Below, one piece after another: positions 28,900 through 45,960 of a DNA stretch of 64,000 bases. The stretch lies in assembly GCF_009914755.1 (NCBI RefSeq), contig NC_060926.1. The stretch is one strand, 5' to 3'. Source of the stretch: the human T2T-CHM13v2.0 reference genome, Homo sapiens. The notes below the pieces were generated by a model that was given only the letters and a program-made list of their open reading frames with translations, was not told the origin of the DNA and did not search any database. The position numbers were made by a program, and so were the translations under genes. Every line of letters starts with the position of its first letter. Position 1 is the stretch's first letter.

Positions 28900-29060
28900 G
28901 TTGGAAGCAGTGGCACATGCCTGTAATCCCAACTGCTCAGGAGACTGAGGCCAGAGGATCACTTGAGCCCAGGAGTTTGAGGCTGCAGTTAGCAATGATT
29001 GTGCCATTGCATTCCAGCATGGGTAACAGAGTGAGATCCTATTTCAAAAAAAAAAAAAAA
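28900..29060 (+). mobile_element. FAM/FRAM-like Alu monomer
   Basis: GGATCACTTGAGCCCAGGAGTTTGAGGCTGCAG...poly-A. Confidence 0.85.
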
Positions 29061-30449
29061 TTATGTCACAGAGTTTTACTTTCCACATTCCATGTCTGTC
29101 TGTCTGTCTGTCTGTCTGACTACAGCCAAAATAGGGAGTGTGATGTGGCATCTCATTATGATTTGCATTTTCCCAATGACCAATAATGTTGACCACTTTT
29201 CATGTGCTTATTGGCATTGATAATGGAAAAATGCCTGTTCAAATCTTTTGCCCATTTAAAAAATTGGGTTGTTTGCCTTTCTTCACTTTATTTTAAAGCC
29301 CCATTCTTGACTGAAAATTCCTCCAATCCTGGTATCACCAGAAGCTTCAGGATTAGACAGATATTCCCGCTACCAGCATCAGCACCAAAAATCCCCCGTG
29401 GTAGGGCTATTCCTTCTCCCTCCATTACTCCTTTCTCTGCCACTAGGAAGGAAAACTAGTATATCCATGACATTCTCTATAAGCATCACCAGGAAGGGCC
29501 CTGATTCGCTATACAAGATAGAGGTCTTCCAATGATGTTCCTGAAGAATCCTGGCATCCTCAAAGCAGACCAAGGTTTTCTGCAGCTAAAGTAGTATAAG
29601 TCTAAAGTCATTTCCTAGACTTTCAGAGAAAAAAATTAATGACTATGTTTTCTAATTTTAACTCTTTCTCCTGGAATTTTTACTTCAAACTGAAGCACCT
29701 ATTTTTACTTGCTTATGCTAGAAATTAATATAACATGATGCTTGACTAGCAAAAAATTATATATTTTATTTGCAGAATACAAATATCATTATTTCATTAT
29801 GTTCTACAGAAAACACAAGGACCCTAGATGCTGAACAATTTTGAGGACCATAAATGCAGGAAATAGAAAGGACTTAGAAGACATTATTCTCCTTCACAAA
29901 GTGTGGCACCACTGCTCCCCCCAGGCACTCAGGCCGAAATATTATTGACGATTTGCTCTTTCTTCTTCCCCTCCTCATTCAACCAGTCATCACTTTCTAG
30001 AATATTTGCAATGCTGTCTTTTCATCTCCATCTTATCTGCCATTGCCCTGGTCCAGGGCCTCTAATTCCCCTTTCTGGACTACTGTCATAAGCCCTAATT
30101 GGTGTCCTTGCCTCCAGCCTCTACACTGCTACTAAGTAGTGAATCACATTTGAAATTAATCAATGTTATAATCAATTACTTCAGTCTCTGCTTTCCCAAG
30201 AGAGTAACTCCATCAAAGAAAGGATGGTGCCCATCCTGTTCAACACTGCATCTGTAATGCCCAGAACAATGACTGGCATGAGATTGGAAAGGCAGTGGGT
30301 CAATGAAAGAATGAATGAAGAACAAACGAATGAATGATTTCAAACTGCAAAAGTACATATCACACAACTCTGGTGACTGTCCTTCCTACCTCCACAGTAG
30401 AAAAGATAAAGTCCATACTCCCCAGCTTGGCACACAAGGCCCTCCTTGA

Positions 30450-30854
<405 letters not shown>

Positions 30855-31357
30855 TCTGCTCACTTCTTTATGCCTGAAATGTCCTTACCCAATATTCCAT
30901 CCTCTATCTCCTTTTCACCAAACTCTTTTCTCCCTTTTAAAAGCATAGAGAACACTGTCCATTGTGTTCTACCACATAGATTTATCAAAGCTAAGCATTT
31001 TGCCTTATTTACTCCAACTTTTCTTTAAGAAATAAAGCACTGTAAATACAGTTGAACCTCCTTCTTCAATCTCATCCCCTTCTCTTTTTCTTCAGATGCA
31101 TCTGTTATCTTGCTTTTGGTGTTAACCATTCACATATATATATTTCATATTTTTAATTGGGATTTTGAAAGCCCCCCCCTACTGGTGACTGTCATGTTTT
31201 AGCCTAGATGAAGAGTCTTCCAAAGTCCAGAGAGGTCAAGACTTGCATGAGGTCACTTAGCAAGGTAAGACCAAGATAGCTCACGAGCCCAGGACTCTGT
31301 CTCTTAGTTCATGTTTTCCCAATACACCATGGTGCATCTTTTAAACAATGTGTATAG

Positions 31358-31461
31358 ATCCTTTTGCAGCTCATAAGTGTGATGATTGGGTTTTCACACT
31401 CATGTGTAAGATGTGTTTCCCTCAAACCTTGCTATGATATCAGCACAGTACCTATCTGACA
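31358..31461 (+). pseudogene. U13 (SNORD13) C/D snoRNA retropseudogene
   Basis: Colinear with recalled U13 sequence ATCCTTTTG...GTGATGATTGGG...AACCTTG...CTGAC; box C TGATGA 31380-31385, box D CTGA 31456-31459; A-rich tail follows. Confidence 0.9.
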
Positions 31462-31483
31462 TGAAAAACATAAAATATTTTTA

Positions 31484-31784
<301 letters not shown>

Positions 31785-31842
31785 GGTAATGTATATGAAT
31801 GAAATAGATACCATACACTATGTCTCAGAGATAGTGCTAGAC

Positions 31843-31882
<40 letters not shown>
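31843..31882. repeat. (TA)n(TG)n microsatellite
   Basis: Directly visible. Confidence 0.9.
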
Positions 31883-31884
<2 letters not shown>

Positions 31885-31885
31885 T

Positions 31886-32335
31886 AGTTCATCCAACCCT
31901 CACTCTAGAGAAGAGAAACTGAGACTCAGAGAGGAGGTGAAGTCACCTTCCCTATGTTAACCCAGCTAGCAGGTAGCAGAGGTAAAATTGGCTCCCCAGG
32001 GCTGCCTGACTTCTAATGCTGCCCTCTGGTGGGGACAGTATGGAAAAGACATGAGTTTTGAAAGCAGAAATCCCAAGGTTTGTGTCTGGTTCCTCCCCTC
32101 CCTGCCCAGAGAATCCTGGGTAAGTTAAGTCCATTTAAAGTACCATTTATTGACCCTTCACTAAGCACCAGCAATCTTTACACATCACCTCATTTAGTTC
32201 CCACAGCCAAACTCAAAGAGAAATATTATTTTTTCTCCATTTTCAGAGGGAGAAGTTGAGACTCAGGGAGAACATACCATTAACAAGGAGCAAAGCCTGA
32301 AGCAGGACTCAGGATCACCAGCACCAGAGACTGTG
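31886..32335. mobile_element. Cluster of MIR fragments in both orientations
   Basis: GAGAAACTGAGACTCAGAGAGG (minus core), CCATTTTCAGAGGGAGAAGTTGAGACTCAG (minus), head-like piece at ~32040-32130 (plus). Confidence 0.7.
32018..32032 (-). promoter_or_regulatory. CTCF core motif
   Basis: Minus strand CCACCAGAGGGCAGC, a close match to the CTCF consensus CCASYAGRKGGCRS. Confidence 0.7.
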
Positions 32336-32454
32336 CCGCGAAATACCCCCAGCACGCTTTTTTTTCCTTCCTCTCATGGCTTACGTGTTTTTTTAATTTC
32401 ATCTTTGAAATTATCATGTAGTTTGTATATAACATATCTGATTAAAGTCTTGTA

Positions 32455-33545
32455 GCCAAAATATACAAAAACCTCTTAAAACTTAATAAGAAAACAAATT
32501 CTCCAATGAAAAATGAGCAAGAGAGCTGAACACACATTTTATTAAAGAAGATACACAGATGGAAAATAAGCATAGGAAAAAGTGTTCAATGTCTTTTGTC
32601 ATTAGAAAAAATGCAAATTAAAACTACAGTGAGATACCACTACATACCTATTAAAATGGCTAAAATCCATAAATCTGAAAATACCAAAGACAAAGATGCA
32701 GAGAAATAGGAACTCTCATATTTTCTTGGTGGGAATACAAAATGGTGTAGTCACTTTGGAAAACATTTGACAGTCGTCAAAATGTTAAACATAGTTACCT
32801 TATGACCAGCAGTTCCACTCCTATATGTATAACCAACAGAATTGAAAATATATGTCCACACACAAAAAAATTGTTTAAAATGTTCATAGCAGTGGGCATG
32901 GCGGCACATGCCTGAAGTCCCAGGTACTTGGGAGGCTGAGGCTAAAAGATCCCATGGCCCAGGAGTTCCAGATCATAGTGTGTGATGATCATGCCTGTGA
33001 ATAGCCATTGCATTCCAGCTTGGGCAACACAGAAGGACCCCACTGCTAAAAAAATAAGAAATGGAATGTCCACAGCATCATTATTGACAACAGTCAAAAA
33101 GTGGAAGCAACCCAAATGTTCATTAACTTATGAATGGATATGCAAAATGTGGCAAATCCATACAATGGAATATTATTAGGTGATAAAAAAGAATAAAGTA
33201 CTTATACCTGCTACAGCATGGAGGAACCTTGAAAATACTATGCTAAGTGAAAGAAGCCATTTACTAAAGGCTACACGTTGGATGATTCCATTTATGAAAT
33301 GTCCACAGTAGGCAAATCCATAGGGACAGAAAGCTTGCTAGGGGATTGGGGGAGAAGATAAATGACAGTGACTGCTAGAGGGTGTGGGATATCCTTACGG
33401 GGTGAAGAAAATGTTCTAAATTTAGATAATGGTGATAGTTGCACAACCTAGGAAATATCCTAAAAATCACTGAATTGTACACTCTAAAGGAGTAGATTGC
33501 ATTGTATATGAATTATATGTCTATTCAGATAAAGTTATTAAAATT
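32455..33545 (+). mobile_element. L1MB/ME 3' end with FAM insert at ~32893-33055
   Basis: ATGCAAATTAAAACTACAGTGAGATACCAC; AACCCAAATGTTCATTAAC; ATGCTAAGTGAAAGAAGCC. Confidence 0.88.
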
Positions 33546-34029
33546 ATTAAAAATATATAAAGTTGTAAAAAATGAAGTAAGGCCAACAAATATTGAAAAC
33601 AATGGAGCCAGAGTTGTGGGGCCACCAGAAGTGTGTTTTTGGTGCAAGCAGTGAGGCCATCCTGGCAGAGGTGCTCTTGCCCAAAGATTGTTTTAATGAC
33701 CTAGTTAAGAATGGCTTGGGGCAGGGAAAAAAAAAAAAGAATGGCTTGTGATGAGATTGGCTGTTTTTAAACAAACATATGAAGGACTGACAGCAGGTGT
33801 AATGTCTATACATCATTCCTGTGTTCAACCAGAAACAACTATAAAAAACCCTATATACATTTTAATAAAATATATGACCATCAAGACAAAGTGCTAAAAG
33901 TTTTTAAGAAGAAGGTGATTAAAAAAAAAAAAAAAAAAAAAGCAACCAGGAATCACATTGACATCTGATTTCTGAATAGCAACACCAGAAGCAAAAAGAC
34001 AATGGAATAACGTTTTTAAATTTTTAAAG

Positions 34030-35080
<1,051 letters not shown>

Positions 35081-35182
35081 AGATGTGAAGATGATGGGTC
35101 TGTCAGGTGAGTCTGTTGACTGATACCCACCACTAAGTGTTAGAAAGAGGTGCCAGGCCATCCACTTTCCAAGTTCTGCTTA

Positions 35183-35318
35183 TCTATTTTTATTTTTATT
35201 TTTATTTTAGAGACAGGGCCTCATTTGGTTGCCCAGGCTTTCAAACTCCTGGCCTCAATCGATCCTCCTGCCTCGGCCTCCCACAGTGCTGGGATTACAG
35301 GTGTGAACCACTGTGCCT
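35183..35318 (-). mobile_element. FLAM-like Alu monomer
   Basis: (TTTTTA)n tail plus left monomer. Confidence 0.85.
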
Positions 35319-35689
35319 GTTCCTCTGCTTATATACTGAAGAACTTTCACACCTTGAAGAACTTTTATGTTCAAAGACTGACATGATGAAAATGCCTTTT
35401 TAAAAATTGTGGTATTTCTAAAGTATAACGTAGTCTAATGTAAGAAAATAAAACATAAGACAATTGAACATATTTAAAAGTTTTCAAGAAAAAATTTAAG
35501 CTTAAAATTTTATATCTAATCATATTGTTACTTCAAAGTGAAAATAAAAATATTTACAGAAGATATGCCACCTAAAAACTTTGAAAGCACTCTTGGAGGA
35601 AAAATCAAATGAAATGAAAAAATTAATTTAGATCCTTTCCTCCAGTGTTCATGAAAAGAAAAACAAATTAATTTAGACTGATGCCTTAT

Positions 35690-38000
<2,311 letters not shown>

Positions 38001-38029
38001 TAAAATTTAAATTTAAAAAATAATATAAA

Positions 38030-38730
38030 AATTGCTTTTCAAACTTTTGTGTATAGTTCTATGAATTTTAACACATGCACAGATTTGTATAATGACCACC
38101 ACAATCAGGGTACAGAAGAGTTCTATCACTTTCAAAAACTCTCTCCTGCTATCCCTGTGTAGTTATACCCTTCTGCCACCCATCCCCTGGCAACCACTAA
38201 TTTGTTCTTCATCACTATAATATTGTCTCTTCGAAAGTATCATATAAGTGGAATCATATAGTATGTGACATTTTGAGGCTGACTTCCTTCACTCGCATTA
38301 TGCTTTTGAGATCCATTCAAGTTGTTGTGGATATTTATTGCTAAGTAACATTTCATTGGATAGATATGCCACAGTTTGTTTATCCGTGTACCTGTGAAGG
38401 AGATTTGGGTTGTTTCTAGTTTTTGGTGATTACAATAGAGCCACTATAAACATTCAAGTACATTCCACACCTGTGAAAGAAATAGAGAAAAAAATCATGT
38501 ACATGTCTTTGTGTATATTACCACAACTTTTATTTTTCTTGGATAAACACCCAACAATGGAATAGCTAGATCATATGATAGGGTATATTTAACTTTGTAA
38601 GAGACTGCCAAACTGTTTTCTTGAGTGGTAACACCCATTGGTGTTCACACCAGCAGTGTATGAGAGTTCTAGTTGCTCCACAGACTCTCCAGCACTTGCT
38701 ATTGTTAGTATTATTTTATTTTAGCCATTA
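38030..38730 (-). mobile_element. L1M 3' end
   Basis: CCCTGGCAACCACTAATTTGTTC; GTGGAATCATATAGTATGTG; CCAGCAGTGTATGAGAGTTC. Confidence 0.85.
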
Positions 38731-38823
38731 ATATTTTAAAATTTAAGTATACCTGCATGTTTCCAGAAACAATGCATAGAATGACTTTGTGTCTTTACAT
38801 TTTAAATATGTGGAATAATACTA

Positions 38824-39130
<307 letters not shown>

Positions 39131-39407
39131 ACTGAATATATTCTTTTGATACTCGCTTTTTATTCTTTCAATGTTGCTTTTGAGATTTTTAGTGTTGATT
39201 CACATACACCTAGTTCATTCACTACAACTGCCATATGGTGTGCTATTTTACAAATATATTAAAATATTTATGCAAGTCCCCTAGGGATGGCCATCCAGCT
39301 TGTTTCCAATTTCTTACTGCCTAAGACGGTGCTAAAGTGGACATCCTGATCCATATCTTTTTGCACATAAATATGAGACATTTATGTCCTAGTGAGAATC
39401 ACTAGGA

Positions 39408-39897
39408 CAGTGATTATTAAACCTTTTGGTCTCAAGACCCCTTTACACTTTTAAAAATCATTGAGGACCCCAAAGAGCTTTTGTTTATGCATATTATACC
39501 TGCCAGTGTTGACCCTATTTGAAACTAAAACTGAGAAAATGTTAGGTATTTATTAAATAATTTTATAAATAATGTTACTTTAATTTTTTTAAATGACACA
39601 TAGAAGATAAACAAGTATATGTTCATTTCTAAAACAAAAAGATTAGAGAGAAGAGTGAAAGTGTCTTATACTTTTAAAAATCTCTAATGTCTAGCTTAAG
39701 AAATCGAATTCTCATATCTGCTTCTGCATTTAATCTGTGTCATATCACATATTATTTAACTTCCAGAAAACTCAGCTGGACACTTATGATATAATGAGAA
39801 TGAAAAAGCAAAATAGCATTTTAATGTTATTATGAAAATAGCTGTGGCTTCATGGACCCCTTCCGGGGCACTGGGGAGAGAACTTTGAGAACTGCTG
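39408..39897. mobile_element. hAT-Charlie non-autonomous element (Charlie4a-like)
   Basis: CAGTGATT...CTCAAGACCCCTTTACACTTTTAAAAATCATTGAGGACCCCAAAGAGC ... CTTTGAGAACTGCTG termini. Confidence 0.75.
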
Positions 39898-39963
39898 TCC
39901 CAGGCTACACACCTGGAAGAGGAATTGCCGGGCTATGTAGTTGATACTGTCTAATTGCTTTTC

Positions 39964-40912
39964 TTTTTTTTATTTTTTATTTTTATTTTACTTTAAGTTC
40001 TGGGATACATGTGCTGAATGTGCAGGTTTGTTATATAGGTATACATGTGCCATGGTAGTTTGCTGCACCTATCAACCCATCACCTAGGTTTTAAGCCCCA
40101 CATGCATTAGGTATTTGTCCTAATGCTCTCCCTCCCCTTGCCCCCTTGCTCCTGACAGGCCCCAGGCCTGTAATGTTCCCCTCCCTGTGGCCATGTGTTC
40201 TCATTGTTCAACTTCCACTTATGAGTGAGAACATGCAGTGTTTGGTTTTCTGTTCCTTTGTTAGTTTGCTGAGAATGATGGTTTCCAGCTTCATCCATGT
40301 CCCTGCAAAGGACATGAACTCATTCTTTTTATGACTGCATAGTATTCCATGGTGTATATGTGTCACATTTCCAGTCTATCATTGGATATGTGCCACATTG
40401 GATATGTGCCACGTATCCAGTCTATCATTGATGGGCATTTGGGTTGGTTCCAAGTCTCTGTTATTGTAAATAGTGCTGCAATAAACATACGTGTCCATGT
40501 GTCTTTATAGTAGAGTGATTTATAACCCTTTGGATTTATACCCAGTAATGGGATGGCTGGGTCAAATGGTATTTCTGGTTCTATATCCTTGAGGAATCGC
40601 CACATTGTCTTCTACAATGGTTGAACTAATTTATACTCCCACCAACAGTGTAAAAGCATTCCTATTTCTCCACGTCCTCTCCAGCATCTGTTGTTTCCAG
40701 ACTTTGTAATGATCACCATTCTGACTGGCATGAAATGATATCTCATTGTGGTTTTGATTTGCATTTCTCTGATGGACAGTGATGATGAGCATTTTTTCAT
40801 GTGTCTGTTAGCTGCATATATGTCTTCTTTTGAGAAGTGTCTGTTTATATCCTTCGTCCACTTTTTGATGGGGTTGTTTTTTTTCTCGTGGATTTGTTTA
40901 AGTTCCTTGTAG
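39964..40912 (-). mobile_element. L1PA 3' end (5'-truncated)
   Basis: ORF2 C-terminal remnants (MWRFLKDIEPEIPFDPAIPLLGI; [12 protein letters not shown]), L1PA 3' UTR; TSD ATTGCTTTTC (39954-39963, 40913-40922). Confidence 0.95.
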
Positions 40913-41687
40913 ATTGCTTTTCAAATATATACTTTCACTAGCAGCACATGTGAGTTCTCACGTCCTTATATCTTCAGCAATACTTAATGCTGTCAGGCTT
41001 TTTAATATTTGTCCAATCTGATGGGCATGAAATCATGTCTCATTGTTGTTTTAATATGAACTTTTTTGATTATTGGTAGACTAACTCTTGCACTATCTTT
41101 GCACACTTGGCCCAGGCTGCCCCTTTTGGTCTAGACCGTACACAGAGAAGGCCGATGTTTACCTCGTTCAGAGTCTGGCATGGAGCTGGCACTCAATATA
41201 GTGCTTGTTATTTTAACATGTTATTATTAATGGCATCATACAGACATAAAAACACTTCATCTTGTGCAGATTATTGTACCTTTCTCATTGGTTTTGATTT
41301 CCTGTTATTATGTCTATCTGCCTTATAAGGAAGGCCCTGTTTTAAGGCAAGGATTATTTCTTATTCATTTCTTTTTATTCTTTCAGATTAGCTTCTTAGG
41401 AAATGTTTGTGGATATGTAATTTTTTACTTATATACCAAGGGACATAGTCTTCCCTCAAGACCTGGACAGTCCAAGGAGGAGTGACACTCTGGTATCATT
41501 CCAGGCAGACATTTATTCTCCCTCCTTGGTCCGGCCTTGTTGCCAGCATGCTGGAGGGTCAGCACTGTGCCATGTTGGGTTACCCTCCAAGTGGCAGCAT
41601 TCATTCTAGGACGGAGGGGCAACACTGCTTTCCCTAGCAAGAGAGGAAAAGCCACTTAGCCTTTCATCCTGGATGCATTTCTCATCA

Positions 41688-41962
41688 TGGTAGACAGAAT
41701 AATGGCCCCCCCAAAGACATCAAGGTCAGAGGCATAGATGCAGAAGTTGGGGTGATAAGAGCAATGAACCAAGCAATACAACCATCCTCTAGATGCTGGA
41801 AAAGTCAGGGAAACAGATTCTCCTTTAGAGCCTCCAGAAAGGAAAGCAGCTCTGCCAACCCATTTTGGACTTCTGATGGCCAGAGCTGTAAGATAATTAA
41901 CTTGTGTTGTTTTAACTAAGTTCATGGCAATTTGTTATAGCAGCAAAATAGAAACTAATACA
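41688..41962 (+). mobile_element. MLT1 (D-like) LTR, internally deleted
   Basis: TGGTAGACAGAATAATGGCCCCCCAAAGA...GAAACAGATTCTCCTTTAGAGCCTCCAGAA...GAAACTAATACA. Confidence 0.85.
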
Positions 41963-42249
41963 ATCATATACCCAGAGACAGCATTTGCCTCCTTATAATA
42001 CATGCTTATGTATGAATGAGTTTTCCTTAGAACAATCCAGTCATTTTATTTTAACCTACTTCTTCTAAGTTTGGCTTCCCTACCAGACTGTTAGAAAGCA
42101 GGCTCCTTGGCTGTCGCATCTACTATTGTGCCTATCTCCAGTGTCCTTGTCCATCTGGTTACCCACTACAGCCCAAAAACCTGTCATGGGGCCTGGCACA
42201 AAGTAGGCTCTTGAAAAATATTTGTTGAGGGAATAGTACATCTTGACAT

Positions 42250-42752
42250 ATTGTTCCACTTATCTATTGCTGTGTAATAAACTACTTCCAAAATGTAGTG
42301 GCTTAATACAACAATATTTATCTTGCTCGTGAGCTCTGCAATTTGGGCAGGCCTCAGCAGGGACAGCTTGTGTCTGATCTACTTGGCATCAGCTGGGACA
42401 GCTCAAATGCTTAGGGCTGGTGTCATCTGAAGTCCCAATCACTACCATGCTGGTTGCCAGCTGGGACCTGAGCTGGGGCCGGGGCCAGAACACATACATG
42501 TGTCTTCTCCAGGTGGCACTTGGCTTCCTTCCAAAATGGTGGCTGGGTTCCAAGGGTGAGCATCTCAAGAGACCCATCCAAAGTTGTGTTACCTTTTAAG
42601 TCTCAGCACAGAAGTCACATAGTGCTACCTTCCCAACTGTCACAATCCCAACCAGATTCAAGGGGTGAGACGGCAGGTGGGGAACATGGATGTAGAACAC
42701 ATGGGATGGGACACATTGTTGCAGCCATCTTTGGGAAATGCAATCTGCCACA
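42250..42752 (-). mobile_element. MLT1 (F/G/H-like) LTR
   Basis: TATCTATTGCTGTGTAATAAACTAC...GTGGCTTAATACAAC...GCAGCCATCTTTGGGAAATGCAATCTGCCACA. Confidence 0.82.
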
Positions 42753-42759
42753 TACATAT

Positions 42760-43295
42760 TCATCACTTACAGACATTTATGAAGTATGCTCCATATGCTG
42801 AATACTGGGTTTACAATGGTGAATCATACAGATGGGGTTTCTGTTGCCATAGAGTTTGCATTTCAGTTGGAGTGTTGTCGGGGGAGGATTTAGACACATA
42901 AACAAATACATAAGATAAAACCTGTATGCATGGGTTACAAGGAGGATGCTGTTTATATACATCGGTCAAGGAAGGCCTTTCTGGGAACATAACAACTTTC
43001 TGAGGCTGGACTAACTGGAAGGAGGCATCTGGGCCAGCAACTGTGGGCAGCATGCTCCAAGCAGAGGGAATCACGAATATCATGGGATAACATTGGCATG
43101 TCAATGACACAGGAAGAAAGACCATGTGGCTAGCATGGAAAGATCTCAGGGTGCAAAGTAACGATGGAGAGGCAGATGGGGGCCAGATCATATAAGGATA
43201 TGCTGAACAACTTGGATTTGACTCCTGAGTGCAACAGAAAGCCGTTGGAGACTCTTCAGCAGTAGCATGATCTAAGTTACATTTTTTAAAACATC
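42760..43295 (-). mobile_element. L2 3' portion
   Basis: GGTCAAGGAAGGCCTTTCTG; CCAAGCAGAGGGAATCAC; GGCCAGATCATATAAGG. Confidence 0.75.
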
Positions 43296-43692
43296 ATTCA
43301 TTCTTTCAAAAAACGAAACTCTGGTATCCTACTTTGAAACCGAAGTGTGGAGAATTCTATCCACCACCACAATTTTCATTCATTCATTCATTCTTTTGTT
43401 CGTGACACTTTGCAATTATTATATAGTCAGAAATAACATATGCATATAAATCAATATGCTGAAATTAAGTATTACAAGTGTTAAATCATGTCTTTCAATT
43501 AATACATATATATTGAATGCCCCCCAAATATTGATATTAACAAGCACTCTTTGCCTGGAGCTTGGTGGAGGAAGATAGGACAGTAAGGATCCTGGAGATG
43601 CCGATCTGTGGCTCCTACAAGCCAGGATTGGCTGTGTGTGCTTGGAAATCACAAGCTGCAGCACTTAACCTGGATGCATTAAAATATTTTAC

Positions 43693-43860
43693 CTTTTTTT
43701 TTTCTGTCCTGAGATGGGGGTCACACTCTGTCACCCAGGCTGGAGTGCATAGGGCATGATCACATCTCACTGTAACCTGAAACTCCCGGACTTAAGCGAT
43801 CCTCCCGCCTCAGCCTCCCAAAGTGTTGGGATTACATGTGTGAGCCACTGCACCTAGCCC
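43693..43860 (-). mobile_element. FAM-like Alu monomer
   Basis: GAGATGGGGGTCACACTCTGTCACCCAGG...CCCAAAGTGTTGGGATTACA. Confidence 0.82.
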
Positions 43861-44528
43861 TTTTTTACTATTTGAACATTTGACTCTAGCCTTTCCCTGC
43901 TGCCAAGACAAGGTCTAGGAGAGGCCACAGACGTGAGCTCCAGGGTAGGCTGGTTAACTATTCAGGTGGATCATGGTAAATGGAAACCCAGCTTTAATCT
44001 AGTGGTTCTGCCCCGGAAGTCCAGTGTGCGTTCACAGGTGGCCGGCAATGTCACCTGAACATTCTGCATAGATTTTCCTTGGAAAAGAGCTAGAGAAAGT
44101 GGTGTCCCTGCCACCCCACACAAATCTGCTTGATGACTGGGCCCAGTGGGGAGGGGATTTGCTCAGCATGCTGGGTGGAAGCTGCCCTGCCAGAGAACTC
44201 CAGCTTCAATTAAAGCCATTAAACAGGATGAAGCCAAGGACCATATCCCCTGTTGGGCCCCTTCCACCAGAAGTCTGAGCTAGCAGAGCTGATCCTTGAG
44301 GAGGGGGAGTGCTGTGAAAGCCTCCAGCCAGCAAGCGTTAATGGGGCCAGCACCCACTTTCCACTCAGCAGAGCTATGCCCAAATAAACAGCCCATTTCC
44401 CACCATCCCCCACCCCAACCTCACCAAAAAAAGTCTCGGGTTTAAGACACAGTGGGCCAGCTTAGGAGGAAATATTCCAGAACACACTTTACTTGCAATC
44501 ACTCTCTAACCAAGTCCAGTTAGGCCTC

Positions 44529-44632
44529 TAGGGTGACCAACCATCTGGTTTGCCCAGGACTGAGGGGTTTCCCAGGTCATGTAATGTTAAAATTGAGAAA
44601 GTCCCAGGCACATCAGAAAGAGAGGGTCACTC
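44529..44632. mobile_element. MER81-like hAT-Blackjack MITE
   Basis: TAGGGTGACCAACCATCTGGTTTGCCCAGGACTGAGGGGTTTCCC...GGTCAC inverted termini. Confidence 0.8.
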
Positions 44633-44784
44633 CACCTCTTTACCTCAATGCCCTCCAGCTGTGACACCAAAACAAAGACCAGCTGCACTCTTTCCCCAAG
44701 CTGCTGTAACTCCTGGGAGTCACCAATTTATACCCAGTTGTCTTAGATACAAACCCTTTCCCCTAGATTTCCCTGTAGTATCAT

Positions 44785-45345
<561 letters not shown>

Positions 45346-45659
45346 CTGCCTTCAAAAAGGACTGATTCACTGGATGGACAGTACCTGTCCTTGGGGATGC
45401 GAGCTTATGTCTTGCTGTGACCACAGTTATATGTATATAAGATGGATGCCCTTTTTATGGGATTTGTGTTCCTCTGCTGCCCAACCTATTTTTCTGAGAG
45501 GAGTCTTCTTCCCTAGCCAGAAGCAAAGTTTCTGGGGATTGGAATAAATCAGAGCCAGCTCACTGGGCCCATTTCAGACCACATGGTGCTGCAGTGCTAT
45601 AATGCACAATGGGATCGGGGCTTTGCTTTTGTGATCCTGTGTCATGTGGTTTTAGGTTT

Positions 45660-45960
45660 GAGGCTACCCACGTCAGGCGACTGCAGATCCACTGCTGCTG
45701 CAGCCCTCCTCCTCCTCCTCAAAATCCCCCGCCAGCAGCCCCTGTGGCAGCTCAGGCACCTCTGCTTGCAGTAAACATGACCTTTGCCTTCCACCGCCAA
45801 CATGACATTGGCATGTCGCTGCTGATCTGTAAACACAATTGTGTTTTCAGTCTTCTCACTGAATTTTGTTACCAGGATCCTAACAGGCAGCAGGTCTCTG
45901 TTTATCTGTAAACAGCAGCCCCACTCCCTGGCAGAGAGGTTAGGATGCTGTTTGTTTTTA
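45660..45960. promoter_or_regulatory. Candidate enhancer: forkhead motif cluster with DR1 nuclear-receptor site
   Basis: GTAAACA at 45771, 45829, 45908; TGTTTAT 45899; TGTTTGTTT 45949; TGACCTTTGCCTT 45778-45790. Confidence 0.45.
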
